Shown one piece after another: positions 1 to 9,195 of a DNA stretch of 64,000 nt. The stretch's first letter is position 1; every line of letters starts with the position of its first letter. Under the pieces are notes generated by a model that searched no databases, was not told where the DNA came from, and saw nothing but the letters and a program-made list of their open reading frames with translations. The position numbers and the translations under genes were made by a program. Origin of the DNA: Minisyncoccota bacterium (GTDB lineage: Bacteria; Patescibacteriota; Minisyncoccia; Phycocordibacterales; UBA9973). The stretch spans positions 129,094 through 193,093 of the forward strand of contig JBBABB010000001.1 in the NCBI GenBank assembly GCA_041657885.1. The letters are read 5' to 3'.

Positions 1-1
1 T

Positions 2-640
2 TTGGTTGACCGAAAAGTTATTCATTTGCCTGAGTTTAAAACAATCGTGCTTGATGAGGCAGATAGAATGCTCGATATGGGCTTCGTAAATGATATGCGA
101 TTTATTATGGCCAACATGGCGCCGAATCGTCAGACATTGTTATTTTCAGCAACCATCACAAGTGAGATTGATAAATTGATTAAAGAATTTTTGACTAACC
201 CTGAAAAGATTTCGGTTAAAACCGGAGACACCGCGCGAAATGTTGAGCAAGATATTGTGCGTGTAAGAAGTGGTCAAGATAAAATTGGTTCACTTGAATG
301 TTTGCTTTCTAAAAAAGAATTTTCAAAAGTTCTGATTTTTGGGCGTACCAAACACGGTGTTGAAAAACTTTGTCAGATATTAGTTAAAAGTGGTTTTAAA
401 GCAGAATCTATTCATGGTGATAAAAATCAAGGAAGACGTCAAAGCGCGCTGAAAGCTTTTCGTGAAAACCATAGTCAAATACTTGTTGCGACTGATGTCG
501 CAGCACGAGGTCTCGATATTCCAAATGTAACTCATGTTATCAATTTTGATATTCCGGCTACTTATGAGGATTATGTTCATCGAATCGGTCGAACCGGCCG
601 TGCCAATCAAGTTGGAGTAGCACTTACGTTTGTCAGTTAA
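2..640 (+). CDS. DEAD-box ATP-dependent RNA helicase, C-terminal part (5' end outside window)
   Basis: Translation shows motif II VLDEADRMLDMGF, SAT (LFSAT) and motif VI HRIGRTGR. Confidence 0.85.
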   Translation: MVDRKVIHLPEFKTIVLDEADRMLDMGFVNDMRFIMANMAPNRQTLLFSATITSEIDKLIKEFLTNPEKISVKTGDTARNVEQDIVRVRSGQDKIGSLECLLSKKEFSKVLIFGRTKHGVEKLCQILVKSGFKAESIHGDKNQGRRQSALKAFRENHSQILVATDVAARGLDIPNVTHVINFDIPATYEDYVHRIGRTGRANQVGVALTFVS

Positions 641-744
641 AACTAAATTTAAAAATGGCTCAAAAGCCCCTTCAATAAGACTATTCAGAGATACGCCATG
701 ATAAGACTATTTGGAATTTTTTTCCTGTGGTATAATAAAAAGAC

Positions 745-1311
745 ATGGAAAATTTTAAATTTATACTGTCTTCGATTTTAATTGTAGTTTTATTAGGGTT
801 TGCTGGTTATTGGGCGTTTTCTACTATTGAATCAGGGAGTACTCATGTTGATAGTCAGAAACAAAAAGAACTGGAACAAGAAAATAAAAACCTGACAAAA
901 GAAGTGACTGACCTCAAAAAAGAAATTGGTCTTTTACAAGCCGACAAAGAGCAAGCTCTGGCTGATCAAGTACAGGCAAACCTTGAAGCTGAAGCAATTA
1001 AAATACCAGTTGCTACCACTCTTACTCCAGCAAAACCTACGGTTTCAAAAAATCAAAGTTTAATAAATGAATTACAAAAACTTGTTGATGGTAAAATTTA
1101 CCTTAAATTGAAATCTCAAGGCCCTGCTGTTGGAACAGTTCAAAAGTTTTTAAATATTTATAACAAAACTTCCAACAAAATAGATAATGATTATGGGGCA
1201 AGTACAAAAACTACTGTCTTAAATTTTCAAAAAGCTCAGGGTTTAACAGCAGATGGAGAAACGGGACCTAGTACATATAGTAAAATGATCAGCTGGCTCA
1301 AGAGTCATTAA
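745..1311 (+). CDS. Membrane-anchored coiled-coil protein with C-terminal peptidoglycan-binding (PG_binding_1-like) domain
   Basis: N-terminal TM segment, KE-rich coiled coil, and C-terminal GPAVGTVQKFLN...GLTADGETGPSTY resembling the PG-binding domain. TGGTATAAT lies 8 nt upstream of the ATG. Confidence 0.5.
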   Translation: MENFKFILSSILIVVLLGFAGYWAFSTIESGSTHVDSQKQKELEQENKNLTKEVTDLKKEIGLLQADKEQALADQVQANLEAEAIKIPVATTLTPAKPTVSKNQSLINELQKLVDGKIYLKLKSQGPAVGTVQKFLNIYNKTSNKIDNDYGASTKTTVLNFQKAQGLTADGETGPSTYSKMISWLKSH

Positions 1312-1414
1312 AATTTGACTCAACTTGAATATAGAGATACAATTATAAGAAAGATTTTTTGTCTTTATAGCACTCTTGTTTGTTATAAATTATAAAAAAC
1401 AAGAGGAAAGACAA

Positions 1415-1441
1415 AAAAGGGGTGCGCCCGCACCTTTTAAT
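1415..1441 (+). terminator. Rho-independent terminator hairpin (ggggtgcgcccgcacc), A/T flanked
   Basis: GC-rich stem-loop with A-run before and T-run after, downstream of the 745..1311 gene. Confidence 0.5.
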
Positions 1442-1460
1442 TAGTACAGGGATGATTCTC

Positions 1461-1495
1461 ATAGAGCTTGGCTCCCAACCAAGCTCTATTTTTTG
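1461..1495 (+). terminator. Second tandem terminator hairpin (atagagcttgg-ctcccaa-ccaagctctat + T6)
   Basis: 11-bp perfect stem followed by tttttt. Confidence 0.55.
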
Positions 1496-1525
1496 GTTAT
1501 TTTTTATGATATTATATTTAGTGTA

Positions 1526-3031
1526 ATGAATATAGATAATTTACCCATTTTATTATCATTGTTTCCTTTTCTAGTTTTTCTTTTTTTGTTGTTTGTAAAG
1601 AAAGTACCACTGCTTTGGACTTCTATTATAACGCTCGCTATATACACAATCCTTGCTATTTTCTACTGGCAAATTTTTCCATCATTTTTATACACATCTT
1701 ATGGAAAAGGGTTTTTTGTGGCGCTTGATATATTTATAATTATTTTCGGTGCAGTTTTTTTTCTAGAAATATTAAAAGATTTAAAAATTATAAAACACAT
1801 ATCTTATTATTTGGGAGGACTCTCAAAAGATTACAGAATACAAATAATTATTATTGCGTGGTTTCTTGAATGTTTTATTGAGGGAACAGCAGGTTTTGGC
1901 ACTCCAGCTGCAATCGCTGTGCCTATTTTGATCGGGCTTGGGCTCACCCCGATAAAAGCTTTAGTTGTGGGTCTTTTAGGGAATAGTGTTCCCGGTGTTT
2001 TCGGAGCAGCAGGAACACCGATAAAAATGGGATTTGTTGGATTAAATACGGCGCTAGTTCCTCTATATTCAGCACTTCTCAATCTTGTTGGTTTTATTAT
2101 TCCTATTTTTATGCTTTGGATTATTACAGCTGGTAGGCCAAATAGAAAAAAGGAGTTTTTAAGCGCACTACCGTTTGCTATATTTTCTGGTTTAATCTTT
2201 GTGGTGCCATCACTTGTATTTGTTTCTTTGGGGCAAGAATTCCCATCAATTTTAGGTTCTTTATTTGGTTTGATTGTAATTGTAATTTCAGTAAAGTTTG
2301 GATTCTTAGTTCCAAAAGAACAATTATCTCTTGTGGAAAATAAAGAAGAAGAGAAATCTTTTATGTCACCATTTAAATCTTTCTTGCCTTACATTATTCT
2401 TATCATATTATTGATTTTGGGTAAAATTGTTTTAGGAAAATTGGGACTACCATTATCTTTGGGTTTCAATCATACTTTTAGTTTATTTAATCCCGGTTTT
2501 ATTTTTATAATTACTGGCTTGTTGGTTGTTCTAATTTGGAGAGAAAAGTGGAGATTTATTTATAGCTCAATAAAGAGAGCGTCTAAGGGGGCAGTTCGTC
2601 CGTTTTTTGTTGTTTTTTCAATGCTTGCAATGGTTCAAATAATGATAAATTCTGGAAATAATTATTCAGGATTACTTTCTGCAATTAGTCTCATGACCAA
2701 GAGTTTTGAGACGACACTACTTCCTTTCTTTGCTCCGTTCATTGGAGCTTTTGGTGCCTTTATGACTGGGAGTGTGACTGTTTCAAATATTATGTTTGGT
2801 CACTTATTTAGTATGGCTTCTACAAATCTTTCTATGAATACTAGTCTAATATTATCTCTTGGAGTAGTTGGAGCTGCTGCGGGTAATATGATAGCGTTAG
2901 CGGATATATTGACAGCTGAGGCAGTGACAGGAGTGAAAAACGGAGAAATACACGTGCTAAAGGGAGTTATCGTTCCTTGTATTACTTATCTTTTCCTTCT
3001 TGGGGTTATAGGATTTATAATTTTAGGATGA
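1526..3031 (+). CDS. L-lactate permease family (LctP-like) membrane transporter
   Basis: Polytopic membrane protein. GTAGFGTPAAIAVPILIGLG and GNSVPGVFGAAGTPIKMG motifs are typical of the LctP family. ATG at 1526 chosen over the upstream TTG. Confidence 0.55.
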   Translation: MNIDNLPILLSLFPFLVFLFLLFVKKVPLLWTSIITLAIYTILAIFYWQIFPSFLYTSYGKGFFVALDIFIIIFGAVFFLEILKDLKIIKHISYYLGGLSKDYRIQIIIIAWFLECFIEGTAGFGTPAAIAVPILIGLGLTPIKALVVGLLGNSVPGVFGAAGTPIKMGFVGLNTALVPLYSALLNLVGFIIPIFMLWIITAGRPNRKKEFLSALPFAIFSGLIFVVPSLVFVSLGQEFPSILGSLFGLIVIVISVKFGFLVPKEQLSLVENKEEEKSFMSPFKSFLPYIILIILLILGKIVLGKLGLPLSLGFNHTFSLFNPGFIFIITGLLVVLIWREKWRFIYSSIKRASKGAVRPFFVVFSMLAMVQIMINSGNNYSGLLSAISLMTKSFETTLLPFFAPFIGAFGAFMTGSVTVSNIMFGHLFSMASTNLSMNTSLILSLGVVGAAAGNMIALADILTAEAVTGVKNGEIHVLKGVIVPCITYLFLLGVIGFIILG

Positions 3032-3037
3032 TATAAT
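3029..3037 (+). promoter_or_regulatory. Extended -10 box TGATATAAT 8 nt upstream of ATG 3046 (leaderless-type promoter)
   Basis: Sequence motif; one of at least 15 such instances in the window. Confidence 0.45.
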
Positions 3038-3045
3038 AGAATTAT

Positions 3046-3432
3046 ATGAGAAAAATACTTAAGGCAATTCATAAAGTACTTGATGAGATAGAAGACAAAA
3101 CTAGAATTAAATTGGTTCATCATCCAATAATTTATGCTTTTATTGGTAGCGTTGGAATTGTTTCAATCTGGCGAGGAATTTGGCATATTTCAGATGATTG
3201 GGGAGTTTCTAGCTGGGGGTCTTTGATTTTTGGTTTAATAGTTACTGTTTTAACGGGACTTTTTGTCTCATTTTTTATTGGAGAAAATATTATTATTTCT
3301 GGACTTAATAAAGAAAAAAGACTTGATGAGAAAACAGAAGAAGAAATACATAAGGAAAGGACTACATTGACTGATATACAAAAAGATATAAAAGAAATTA
3401 AGGAAATTCTTTCAGAAAATAAAAAACAATAA
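3046..3432 (+). CDS. Hypothetical small membrane protein with C-terminal coiled coil
   Basis: ORF with two hydrophobic helices and a charged KE-rich tail. Confidence 0.35.
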   Translation: MRKILKAIHKVLDEIEDKTRIKLVHHPIIYAFIGSVGIVSIWRGIWHISDDWGVSSWGSLIFGLIVTVLTGLFVSFFIGENIIISGLNKEKRLDEKTEEEIHKERTTLTDIQKDIKEIKEILSENKKQ

Positions 3433-3436
3433 TATA

Positions 3437-4306
3437 TTATTTACGAAAGGGTAATTCAATAAAGAAGGTTGTGCCTTCATTTAAGCCATTTGATTTGGCA
3501 TATATTTTACCGTGATGTCTTTTTATGATTTGTTTAGATAGATATAATCTCAATCCCATTCCATCTGTATTCATAAGCTTGGCTTTTTTATTGCGATAGA
3601 ATTTGGAGAAAATCATCATTTTGTCTATTCTATCTAATCCTATTCCCGTGTCACTTATAAACAATATAAGTTTTTGGGGGTTGGAAATACAATCAATTAA
3701 GATTTTACCATCTTTTTTTGTATAGGAGATCGCATTTTCTATTATTGTATCAATTACAAAAGAAATTTTATTCAAATCTAAGGTTAAAAGAGGGATATCG
3801 GCAAATGTAGAAACTTGAAAAATAATATTTTTTTTATTTATTTTATCCCGATATTTTTTTATAGATTTTTCTATAATTTCTCTTATTGAAATTGCCTTAA
3901 AAAAATACCCTGAAGTATTTTTAATATTCTTTATACCAGTAAGGACTTCTACAATATTTAATATTCTGTTAGCCCCGTTATTTATATTTTGTAAGTACAA
4001 AAATTTTTCGTTTTGGGGAAGATTTTTTTCTAATTCTTTTGCATGCCACAGTATACTTGTAAGTGGAGTGCGGAATGTATGATTTATGATAGAAATAATT
4101 TCCTCCTCAAGTTTATCTTCTTTTATTATAAAAGTTATATATTTATAACAAATATAAAGAATACTTACAAAAAACACTGCTGGGATAATCCACTTAGGTA
4201 AGTTGTAAGATAGTATCATCTGCTCATTTTTCAACATTAAGAGAAAGATTACAATTATATATAGTACAGAAAATAAAATTTTAATTAATCTTTGTATTTT
4301 TTCCAT
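3437..4306 (-). CDS. Sensor histidine kinase (HisKA + HATPase_c), membrane anchored
   Basis: H-box HTFRTPLTSILWHAKEL, N/G boxes DTGIGLD and GMGLRLYLSKQII, N-terminal TM helices. TATAAT 6 nt upstream of the ATG on the minus strand. Confidence 0.8.
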   Translation of the reverse strand: MEKIQRLIKILFSVLYIIVIFLLMLKNEQMILSYNLPKWIIPAVFFVSILYICYKYITFIIKEDKLEEEIISIINHTFRTPLTSILWHAKELEKNLPQNEKFLYLQNINNGANRILNIVEVLTGIKNIKNTSGYFFKAISIREIIEKSIKKYRDKINKKNIIFQVSTFADIPLLTLDLNKISFVIDTIIENAISYTKKDGKILIDCISNPQKLILFISDTGIGLDRIDKMMIFSKFYRNKKAKLMNTDGMGLRLYLSKQIIKRHHGKIYAKSNGLNEGTTFFIELPFRK

Positions 4307-4329
4307 AGTTATATTATAACTCTTTTTCT

Positions 4330-4338
4330 TGCTATAAT
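4330..4338 (+). promoter_or_regulatory. Extended -10 box TGCTATAAT 6 nt upstream of ATG 4345; divergent partner -10 (4313..4318, minus strand) 6 nt upstream of the histidine kinase ATG
   Basis: Two back-to-back -10 boxes in a 38-bp divergent intergenic region. Confidence 0.45.
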
Positions 4339-4344
4339 CTAGGT

Positions 4345-4572
4345 ATGTATATTAAGGTAAAAGTACAAGCTAATGCAAAAAAAGAAAATATAGAGAAAAA
4401 AAGTTCAGATTCTTATTTTATTTCAGTTAAAGAGAAAGCCGAAAGAAATTTGGCCAATAAGAGAATTTGTCAGATTGTGGCATCTTTGTTTGGTGTATCG
4501 ATAAAAAGTGTTAGAATTGTAAATGGACACCAAAGTCCAAATAAAATATTATCAATTAATTTAGTCTTTTGA
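4345..4572 (+). CDS. DUF167/YggU-family small protein
   Basis: 75-aa protein with the YggU-like pattern (..VKV.A.AKKNEI.......I.V.A.A..G.AN..L...LA..L.V....V.I..G..S..K...I). Confidence 0.5.
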   Translation: MYIKVKVQANAKKENIEKKSSDSYFISVKEKAERNLANKRICQIVASLFGVSIKSVRIVNGHQSPNKILSINLVF

Positions 4573-4576
4573 GATT

Positions 4577-4963
4577 ATGAAAACAAATATTAAAGCAACG
4601 AATATGGAGTTGACGGGTGCTATTACTGATTATGTGAACAAGCGATTAGCGGGGATAGAGAAGTTTGTAAAAGGAGGAGAAGAAATGATTGCTTATATAG
4701 AAGTGGGGAAAACAACAAATCATCATAAGCGAGGAGATATTTTTAGAGCTGAATTTAATATAGAGATATCAGGGGCTAAATTTTACACTTTTTCTGAAAA
4801 GGAAGATTTATATACAGCGATAGATGATGCAAAGGAAGAAATAGTCCGCCAGATAAAAACCAATAAAGATCGTAGACAAACTCTTTTCAAAAGAGGAGCT
4901 TCAAGTATAAAAAAAATGCTAAAAGGAGTATCAGACCGTAATCCTTTTACTTCTAAATATTAA
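4577..4963 (+). CDS. hpf: Ribosome hibernation promoting factor / ribosome-associated inhibitor (HPF/RaiA family)
   Basis: MKTNIKATNMELTGAITDYVNKRL...IEKF is a typical sigma54-modulation/HPF N-terminus. Confidence 0.8.
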   Translation: MKTNIKATNMELTGAITDYVNKRLAGIEKFVKGGEEMIAYIEVGKTTNHHKRGDIFRAEFNIEISGAKFYTFSEKEDLYTAIDDAKEEIVRQIKTNKDRRQTLFKRGASSIKKMLKGVSDRNPFTSKY

Positions 4964-5829
4964 TTTTGTCTCAAAAAATCTTCGTAATTAATTTCTTTTT
5001 TACCTTCAGGAGTGACCCTTTTAATGATAAATAGATTATTCTCATATACAGCTTCCTTTATTTTTACTCGTATTTTTTTGTTGTGCTTTGTTACAAAGAA
5101 ATATGTTCCTGGCCAACCGTAAAATGCACGATATTTGTTGTAAATTTTTTTCGGATTACCATCTATATCTATTTCCCCATCTTCTTTATTTATCTTGGAA
5201 CAGTAGGTTGCCTCTTTTTCATCTTGCACTTTAGGAGTGATACTTTTATTTATAATTTTAGGCATAATCTCACAAAGTAAATTTCCCCCCAGATTTATTA
5301 ATTTATTTTTTAAATCTTCTTTTTTTTCATTTATATCTATGGATATTTCTTTCGTGGCTAGTATTGGGCCACTATCTAATTTATATGCCATTTGCTGAAT
5401 ACTTACTCCTGTTCTGCTATCTCCATTTAAAAGTGATGCCTCAAGAGGGGAAGCGCCTCTCCATTTAGGCAGTAAAGAATAGTGAATATTTATTGTTCCT
5501 AGTGTTGGTATATAGATGAGGGCTTCTGGTAAAATTTTTCCATATGCGACAACCACGTAAAGATCTACATTAGTGGATCCACGTGGCAGGTCATCACAGG
5601 ATAGATCAGCAATGAATTCAGGGGTAATTTTTTCTGGTTTAAGGCACTCAATGTTATGTTTTTTTGCCCAGAGAGAAACAGGGCTAGGAGTTAAGTGTAA
5701 ACCTCGCCCAGCTGGTTTATCAGGAGAAGTGATAATAAGCGACGGCATATAGCCATTATTTTTTAATATATCGAGAGTATTACTCGCTATATCCGGAGTT
5801 CCAAAAAATGTAAATTTTAATTTTTCCAT
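4960..5829 (-). CDS. fmt: Methionyl-tRNA formyltransferase
   Basis: MEKLKFTFFGTPDIA...ITSPDKPAGRG...HYSLLPKWRGASP. ATG at 5829 chosen over the upstream TTG. Confidence 0.85.
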   Translation of the reverse strand: MEKLKFTFFGTPDIASNTLDILKNNGYMPSLIITSPDKPAGRGLHLTPSPVSLWAKKHNIECLKPEKITPEFIADLSCDDLPRGSTNVDLYVVVAYGKILPEALIYIPTLGTINIHYSLLPKWRGASPLEASLLNGDSRTGVSIQQMAYKLDSGPILATKEISIDINEKKEDLKNKLINLGGNLLCEIMPKIINKSITPKVQDEKEATYCSKINKEDGEIDIDGNPKKIYNKYRAFYGWPGTYFFVTKHNKKIRVKIKEAVYENNLFIIKRVTPEGKKEINYEDFLRQN

Positions 5830-5836
5830 ATTTTTT

Positions 5837-6373
5837 TTATTCAGCAAGAATTTCTTGTAAATCTTTTGCTTTGTCTATAAAAAGTATTCCATCTAAATGG
5901 TCTATTTCATGTTGGAATATATGGGCAAGTAACCCAGAACCCTCTTTTGTGAATTTCTTGCCATATTCATTATATGCTTCAATAATTACACGTGTTGCTC
6001 GTCGAACTTTCCCATATAATGGTCTTACCGAAAGACATCCCTCAGTCATAAGTTTTTTATCTTTTGATATTTTCTTGATGATTGGATTTATAAATATTAA
6101 ATTTGGTCCTTGTTTTTTATTTAGGTTTTTTTGTTTACTTAGTTTTTCTCCTTTTATAAAATTCTCATCAAAAATTTTACTAGATATTATAAATAATCGT
6201 AAAGATACTCCTATCTGAGGTGCTGCAATAGCCACTCCGTCATATTGTCCATCAAGTGCTTCGTTCATATCGGCAATAATTTTCTGTATCTTTGTTTTTG
6301 TAATACTTTTAATAGGTATTTCTTTTGATATCTTGCGTAATATCTTATCCCCATTTTGAAGAATTATAGCCAT
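5837..6373 (-). CDS. def: Peptide deformylase
   Basis: GVAIAAPQIG, EGCLSV, HEIDHLDG motifs. Confidence 0.9.
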   Translation of the reverse strand: MAIILQNGDKILRKISKEIPIKSITKTKIQKIIADMNEALDGQYDGVAIAAPQIGVSLRLFIISSKIFDENFIKGEKLSKQKNLNKKQGPNLIFINPIIKKISKDKKLMTEGCLSVRPLYGKVRRATRVIIEAYNEYGKKFTKEGSGLLAHIFQHEIDHLDGILFIDKAKDLQEILAE

Positions 6374-6483
6374 CCCAGTACTAAAATTTTAATATTAATT
6401 TATTATTCATTCGACTTTTATTCCTTGTATTATCCCCCTATTTAATTTTTTATAATCAAAAATTTAGTACGGGACAAGTATTT

Positions 6484-7779
6484 TTATTTTAAATTTTTTA
6501 TATATTCTAGCAACTTAGGAAGTTTTATCGTTTCTTGGCATCTATTACTCATATCTCGGAATATAACAGAATCTTCCAGTGCTTCTTTCTGTCCAAATAT
6601 AATAGCGTATTCCATGCCGAGCTTTTCTGCTATGGCTAACTGTGCTCCTAGATTATCTTTTGAGATGGATTGAGCAATAGAAACCTTACCCTTTCTTAGT
6701 ATTTCAATAACATTTAAGGATTTTAATTTAGCGTCAAAACCAAGTTGAATGAAATAAATTTTAGGTTTTTTGATTATTCTTGGTGTTAGTTTTGCAAACC
6801 AAGGAGCTTCTACTATTCTATCTACTCCGATAGATATACCAACAGCAGAAATATCTTTTTTACTACCAAGTTGTTTTCCTAGATAATCATAACGTCCTCC
6901 ACCTGTGATAGTGACTTTCTTACCCGTCTCTTTGTCTTCTTGCATTATTTCAATAACTGTCCTTGTATAATAAGAAAGTCCTCTTACAAGACATTTGTTG
7001 ATAGTATAAGGTATATCCATTTGTTCCAAATATTCTAGAACTTCTTTGAAGTGTTTTTTGCAATTAGGGCAAAGATGCGAAATACTTTCAGGGGCACTTT
7101 GATTTAACTCAATTGTTTTTTCTTCTTTTGAATCAAGAATTCGAAGGGGATTTGTTTTTAACTTTTCTCGGTCTATTGCTGGAAGAATACTGATATTCTT
7201 TTTATAGAAAGAAACTAATTCCTTTATGTATCCGTTACGACACTCCTTATCCCCAATGGAATTAATGTCAATAGAAAGATCTATTGCTCCAGCTTCAGTA
7301 AGTATTGTCCAGGCTGTTTTAATTACAAGAGCATCTAAAATACTTTTTTCACTTCCAATTACATCCATATCAAATTGCCAAAATTGACGATATCGTCCTT
7401 TCTGGGGATTATCATGGCGGAAAACTGGTCCATAGCTGTAAAACATTACAGGCTGTGGAAGGGCTTGCATTCCATGTTCAATGTAACTACGCATTATGCC
7501 TGCTGTGTGTTCAGGACGGAGCGCTAAATGGTCTCCACCTTTTGTTTTTAGAGTGTACATTTCCTTATCTATAATGTCAGTTCCTATTCCAATAGAAGAA
7601 GTGAAGACATCCTCATATTCTACTATTGGTGTTTCTATTGGTTTAAATCCATAATATACAGCAATTTCTTGAGCCTTCTCAAAGAAGCCCTGGAATTGAT
7701 AATATTGAGTGTCAATTATATCTCTCATTCCTTTCACTGAAGATAATGGTCCTCTGTTTGTTTTTTTCTTTTCTGTCAT
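6484..7779 (-). CDS. hisS: Histidyl-tRNA synthetase
   Basis: GMRDI, LRPEHTAGIMR and GGGRYD class II motifs. Confidence 0.9.
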   Translation of the reverse strand: MTEKKKTNRGPLSSVKGMRDIIDTQYYQFQGFFEKAQEIAVYYGFKPIETPIVEYEDVFTSSIGIGTDIIDKEMYTLKTKGGDHLALRPEHTAGIMRSYIEHGMQALPQPVMFYSYGPVFRHDNPQKGRYRQFWQFDMDVIGSEKSILDALVIKTAWTILTEAGAIDLSIDINSIGDKECRNGYIKELVSFYKKNISILPAIDREKLKTNPLRILDSKEEKTIELNQSAPESISHLCPNCKKHFKEVLEYLEQMDIPYTINKCLVRGLSYYTRTVIEIMQEDKETGKKVTITGGGRYDYLGKQLGSKKDISAVGISIGVDRIVEAPWFAKLTPRIIKKPKIYFIQLGFDAKLKSLNVIEILRKGKVSIAQSISKDNLGAQLAIAEKLGMEYAIIFGQKEALEDSVIFRDMSNRCQETIKLPKLLEYIKNLK

Positions 7780-7780
7780 A

Positions 7781-8395
7781 TTATTTTAATTCTTTGTAAT
7801 ATCCTGGTAAGTAAGAAATTTCTTTGAGAGGAAGGAGTCGTAAGTATGCTCTGCCTGTCATTAATTTACGAGGTAATATTCCCCAGACACGAGAATCAGA
7901 GCTTTTATTCCTGTTATCTCCCATTACAAAGAATTCACCTTCTCCTGTTTTATAAGAAGTGGTTGTATTAAATTGCTCATCTATATATGGTTCTTTTAAT
8001 GTAAAGCCATTTGGATTTTCCTTGTTTATGATAATTACTGTGCCATTATTTATTGATATTTCTTCATTTGGCATGCCGATAATTCTTTTTATAAAGAATC
8101 TTTTTGGGTTATTTGGGTAACGGAAAACGATAACATCACCACGATGGGGATTACCAATTATATAAGATAGTTCATCAATTATTAAATATTCTCCATCATG
8201 GAAAGTAGGGAACATTGATTCTCCACTCACTACAAACGGCTGAGCGATAAACATTCTTATTGGAATAACTATAATAAGTGCAATGATTGCAAACTTAAAA
8301 AGATCCCAAGCACTCTCAAGTCCTTTTTTGAGTTTTGTTTTTACTGGAGTGTCAACGTTACTAATTTGGTTATTATCTTTTTCCATATAACTCAT
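7781..8395 (-). CDS. lepB: Signal peptidase I
   Basis: GESMFPTF and GDNRNKSSDSR motifs, N-terminal TM. Confidence 0.85.
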   Translation of the reverse strand: MSYMEKDNNQISNVDTPVKTKLKKGLESAWDLFKFAIIALIIVIPIRMFIAQPFVVSGESMFPTFHDGEYLIIDELSYIIGNPHRGDVIVFRYPNNPKRFFIKRIIGMPNEEISINNGTVIIINKENPNGFTLKEPYIDEQFNTTTSYKTGEGEFFVMGDNRNKSSDSRVWGILPRKLMTGRAYLRLLPLKEISYLPGYYKELK

Positions 8396-8469
8396 ATTTT
8401 ATCACATAAATAGTATTGACAGGATAGGAAAATATGTGTTGTGTTGAGGTGAATTAAATATATTGTATG

Positions 8470-8587
8470 AGCCAGAGTCTGGAATAGTCCTCTCAGAGGG
8501 TACGAAAATTTTTTGCTAAAAATTTTCTCGGTTCTCGCGCCGTCGCGCTCCAAAGCCCCTCTGATAGGACTATTCCAGACTCTGGCT
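8470..8587. repeat. MITE-like structured repeat (family A, copy 1) with about 30-bp terminal inverted repeats
   Basis: agccagagtctggaatagtcctctcagaggg ... cccctctgataggactattccagactctggct. Internal hairpins (aaaattttttgctaaaaatttt; gcgccgtcgcgc). Shares its core with 25990..26084, 27088..27184 and 61021..61115. Confidence 0.7.
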
Positions 8588-8595
8588 TTCTGTGG

Positions 8596-8601
8596 TATTA
8601 T
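8596..8601 (+). promoter_or_regulatory. -10 box (TGTGGTATTAT) 6 nt upstream of pth ATG
   Basis: Motif TGnGGTATTAT-gaaaat-ATG. Confidence 0.4.
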
Positions 8602-8607
8602 GAAAAT

Positions 8608-9195
8608 ATGATGTTAATTGTTGGATTAGGAAATCCAGGAGAAGAATATAAAATTTCGCGACATAATACGGGACAAATAATTGTTGAAAATATTGCAAGT
8701 AGTAATGATTTTTCTGAATGGAAAAATAATATGAAATTAAAATCTCTTTGTGCGAAAGGTGAGATTGGAAAAGAAAAATTTGATTTTATACTTCCTGAAA
8801 CTTTTATGAATAATTCAGGAAATGCAGTGGTTCAGCTTATTGATAATCCTAAAAAGCTCAGAAATTTGATTGTGATTTATGATGATATAGATTTACCCTT
8901 TGGTAATTTGAAGATTTCTTTTAATCGTAGTTCGGGTGGACACAATGGACTTGAATCAGTAATAAAGAAAATTAAGTCAAAGAAATTTATTAGAATTCGT
9001 ATTGGAATTTCGCCACTAACTCCCTCGGGAAAATTACGAAAGCCAAAAGGAGAGAAGGCAGTGTTGAAGTTCTTGCTCGGAAAGTATAAGGAAGATGAAT
9101 TAAAAGAATTAAAAAAGATTTCAAAAACGGTGGCAGAAATCATTATGGTGATTTCTGCCGAAGGAAAAGAAAAAGCGATGAGCGTCTATAATTAA
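8608..9195 (+). CDS. pth: Peptidyl-tRNA hydrolase
   Basis: MMLIVGLGNPGEEY...RHNTG N-terminus. Confidence 0.85.
   Translation: MMLIVGLGNPGEEYKISRHNTGQIIVENIASSNDFSEWKNNMKLKSLCAKGEIGKEKFDFILPETFMNNSGNAVVQLIDNPKKLRNLIVIYDDIDLPFGNLKISFNRSSGGHNGLESVIKKIKSKKFIRIRIGISPLTPSGKLRKPKGEKAVLKFLLGKYKEDELKELKKISKTVAEIIMVISAEGKEKAMSVYN

Noticed and set aside
380-610. Numerous short antisense or overlapping ORFs in the track (e.g. 380..610-, 1831..2082-, 9364..9855+, 13611..13859-, 14025..14585-, 55793..56341-, 56654..56998-)
   Set aside because: Embedded within strongly supported genes on the opposite strand or other frames, with low-complexity translations. Treated as non-coding.
5083-5280. Plus-strand 65-aa ORF inside fmt
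   Set aside because: Shadow ORF opposite a well-supported fmt coding sequence.
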